A stretch of 64,000 nt of DNA, taken from assembly GCA_963827235.1 (NCBI GenBank), contig CAWHAE010000009.1, forward strand, positions 416,001-480,000. The letters run 5' to 3'. The DNA comes from an uncultured bacterium. Lineage in GTDB: Bacteria > Chloroflexota > UBA5177 > JANWHV01. The notes under the pieces are model-generated. The model searched no databases. It saw only the letters and a program-made list of their open reading frames with translations, and was not told the origin of the DNA. The position numbers and the translations under genes are program-made. Shown in pieces: positions 63,702-64,000 of this stretch (positions within the stretch are counted from its first letter, which is position 1; each line of letters begins with the position of its first letter).

Positions 63702-63938
63702 TCATGCTTTTGCGCGCAGCTCACGCGCGAATCCCATCACGCGCTGGCCCTTCGCCTCGCGCCGACCGTCGATGATATAGGGGCGCTCCCGTCCGGTCCG
63801 GCGCCAATATGCCGCGCAAGCCTTGCAACGGCCTTGCCAGTCTCGCCGGCGATGAGGGCCCGGCCGCCGGCAGATCTTGCACCGCCGTGGTCTGGCTACC
63901 GACCGCTTCGCTCTGCCAGCAGGATCAGCTAGAGTCAT
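63702..63938 (-). CDS. Small basic zinc-finger protein (GATA-like)
   Basis: CKIC-X14-CKAC followed by AAYWRRTGRERP. Confidence 0.5.
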   Translation of the reverse strand: MTLADPAGRAKRSVARPRRCKICRRPGPHRRRDWQGRCKACAAYWRRTGRERPYIIDGRREAKGQRVMGFARELRAKA

Positions 63939-64000
63939 CGGCGTTCCACATCGTAACTATGGCTCCCGGAAGATCTCATGGCCGCCGATGCGGCGCCAAA

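Overview
GC-rich bacterial chromosomal window. The T-box riboswitch plus DUF3352, DUF6062, DUF4058 and Uma2 genes suggest a Chloroflexota-like soil organism (inference). Scattered single-base frameshifts suggest an imperfect long-read assembly. Main content: (1) 1-13.3 kb metabolic/membrane genes (M20 peptidase, tyrosine phenol-lyase, PAP2/Aur1-like, PIG-V-like mannosyltransferase, dienelactone hydrolase, MarR-mhq module); (2) a GH5 endoglycoceramidase-like gene split by a ~10.9 kb integrated element (14973-25870) flanked by a duplicated TAT core, carrying a large serine recombinase, an RHH protein and phage-like remnants; in-silico excision restores one 631-aa ORF; (3) a divergent organophosphate-scavenging locus (26.3-34.5 kb: ABC permeases and binding protein, PtpB-like phosphatase, CpdA/GpdQ-like esterase, orphan phnM) with three Pho-box-like 11-bp repeats and an unusual PhnD-LacI fusion regulator; (4) 34.7-48 kb small accessory enzymes and gene remnants; (5) wecA/mraY-like gene, tRNA-Leu, tig-clpP-clpX, scpB, a repeat-bearing S1C protease, Ile T-box-controlled ilvB, a GT39-like glycosyltransferase and a small GATA-like zinc-finger ORF. 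Family assignments come from motif recognition only; no searches were run.
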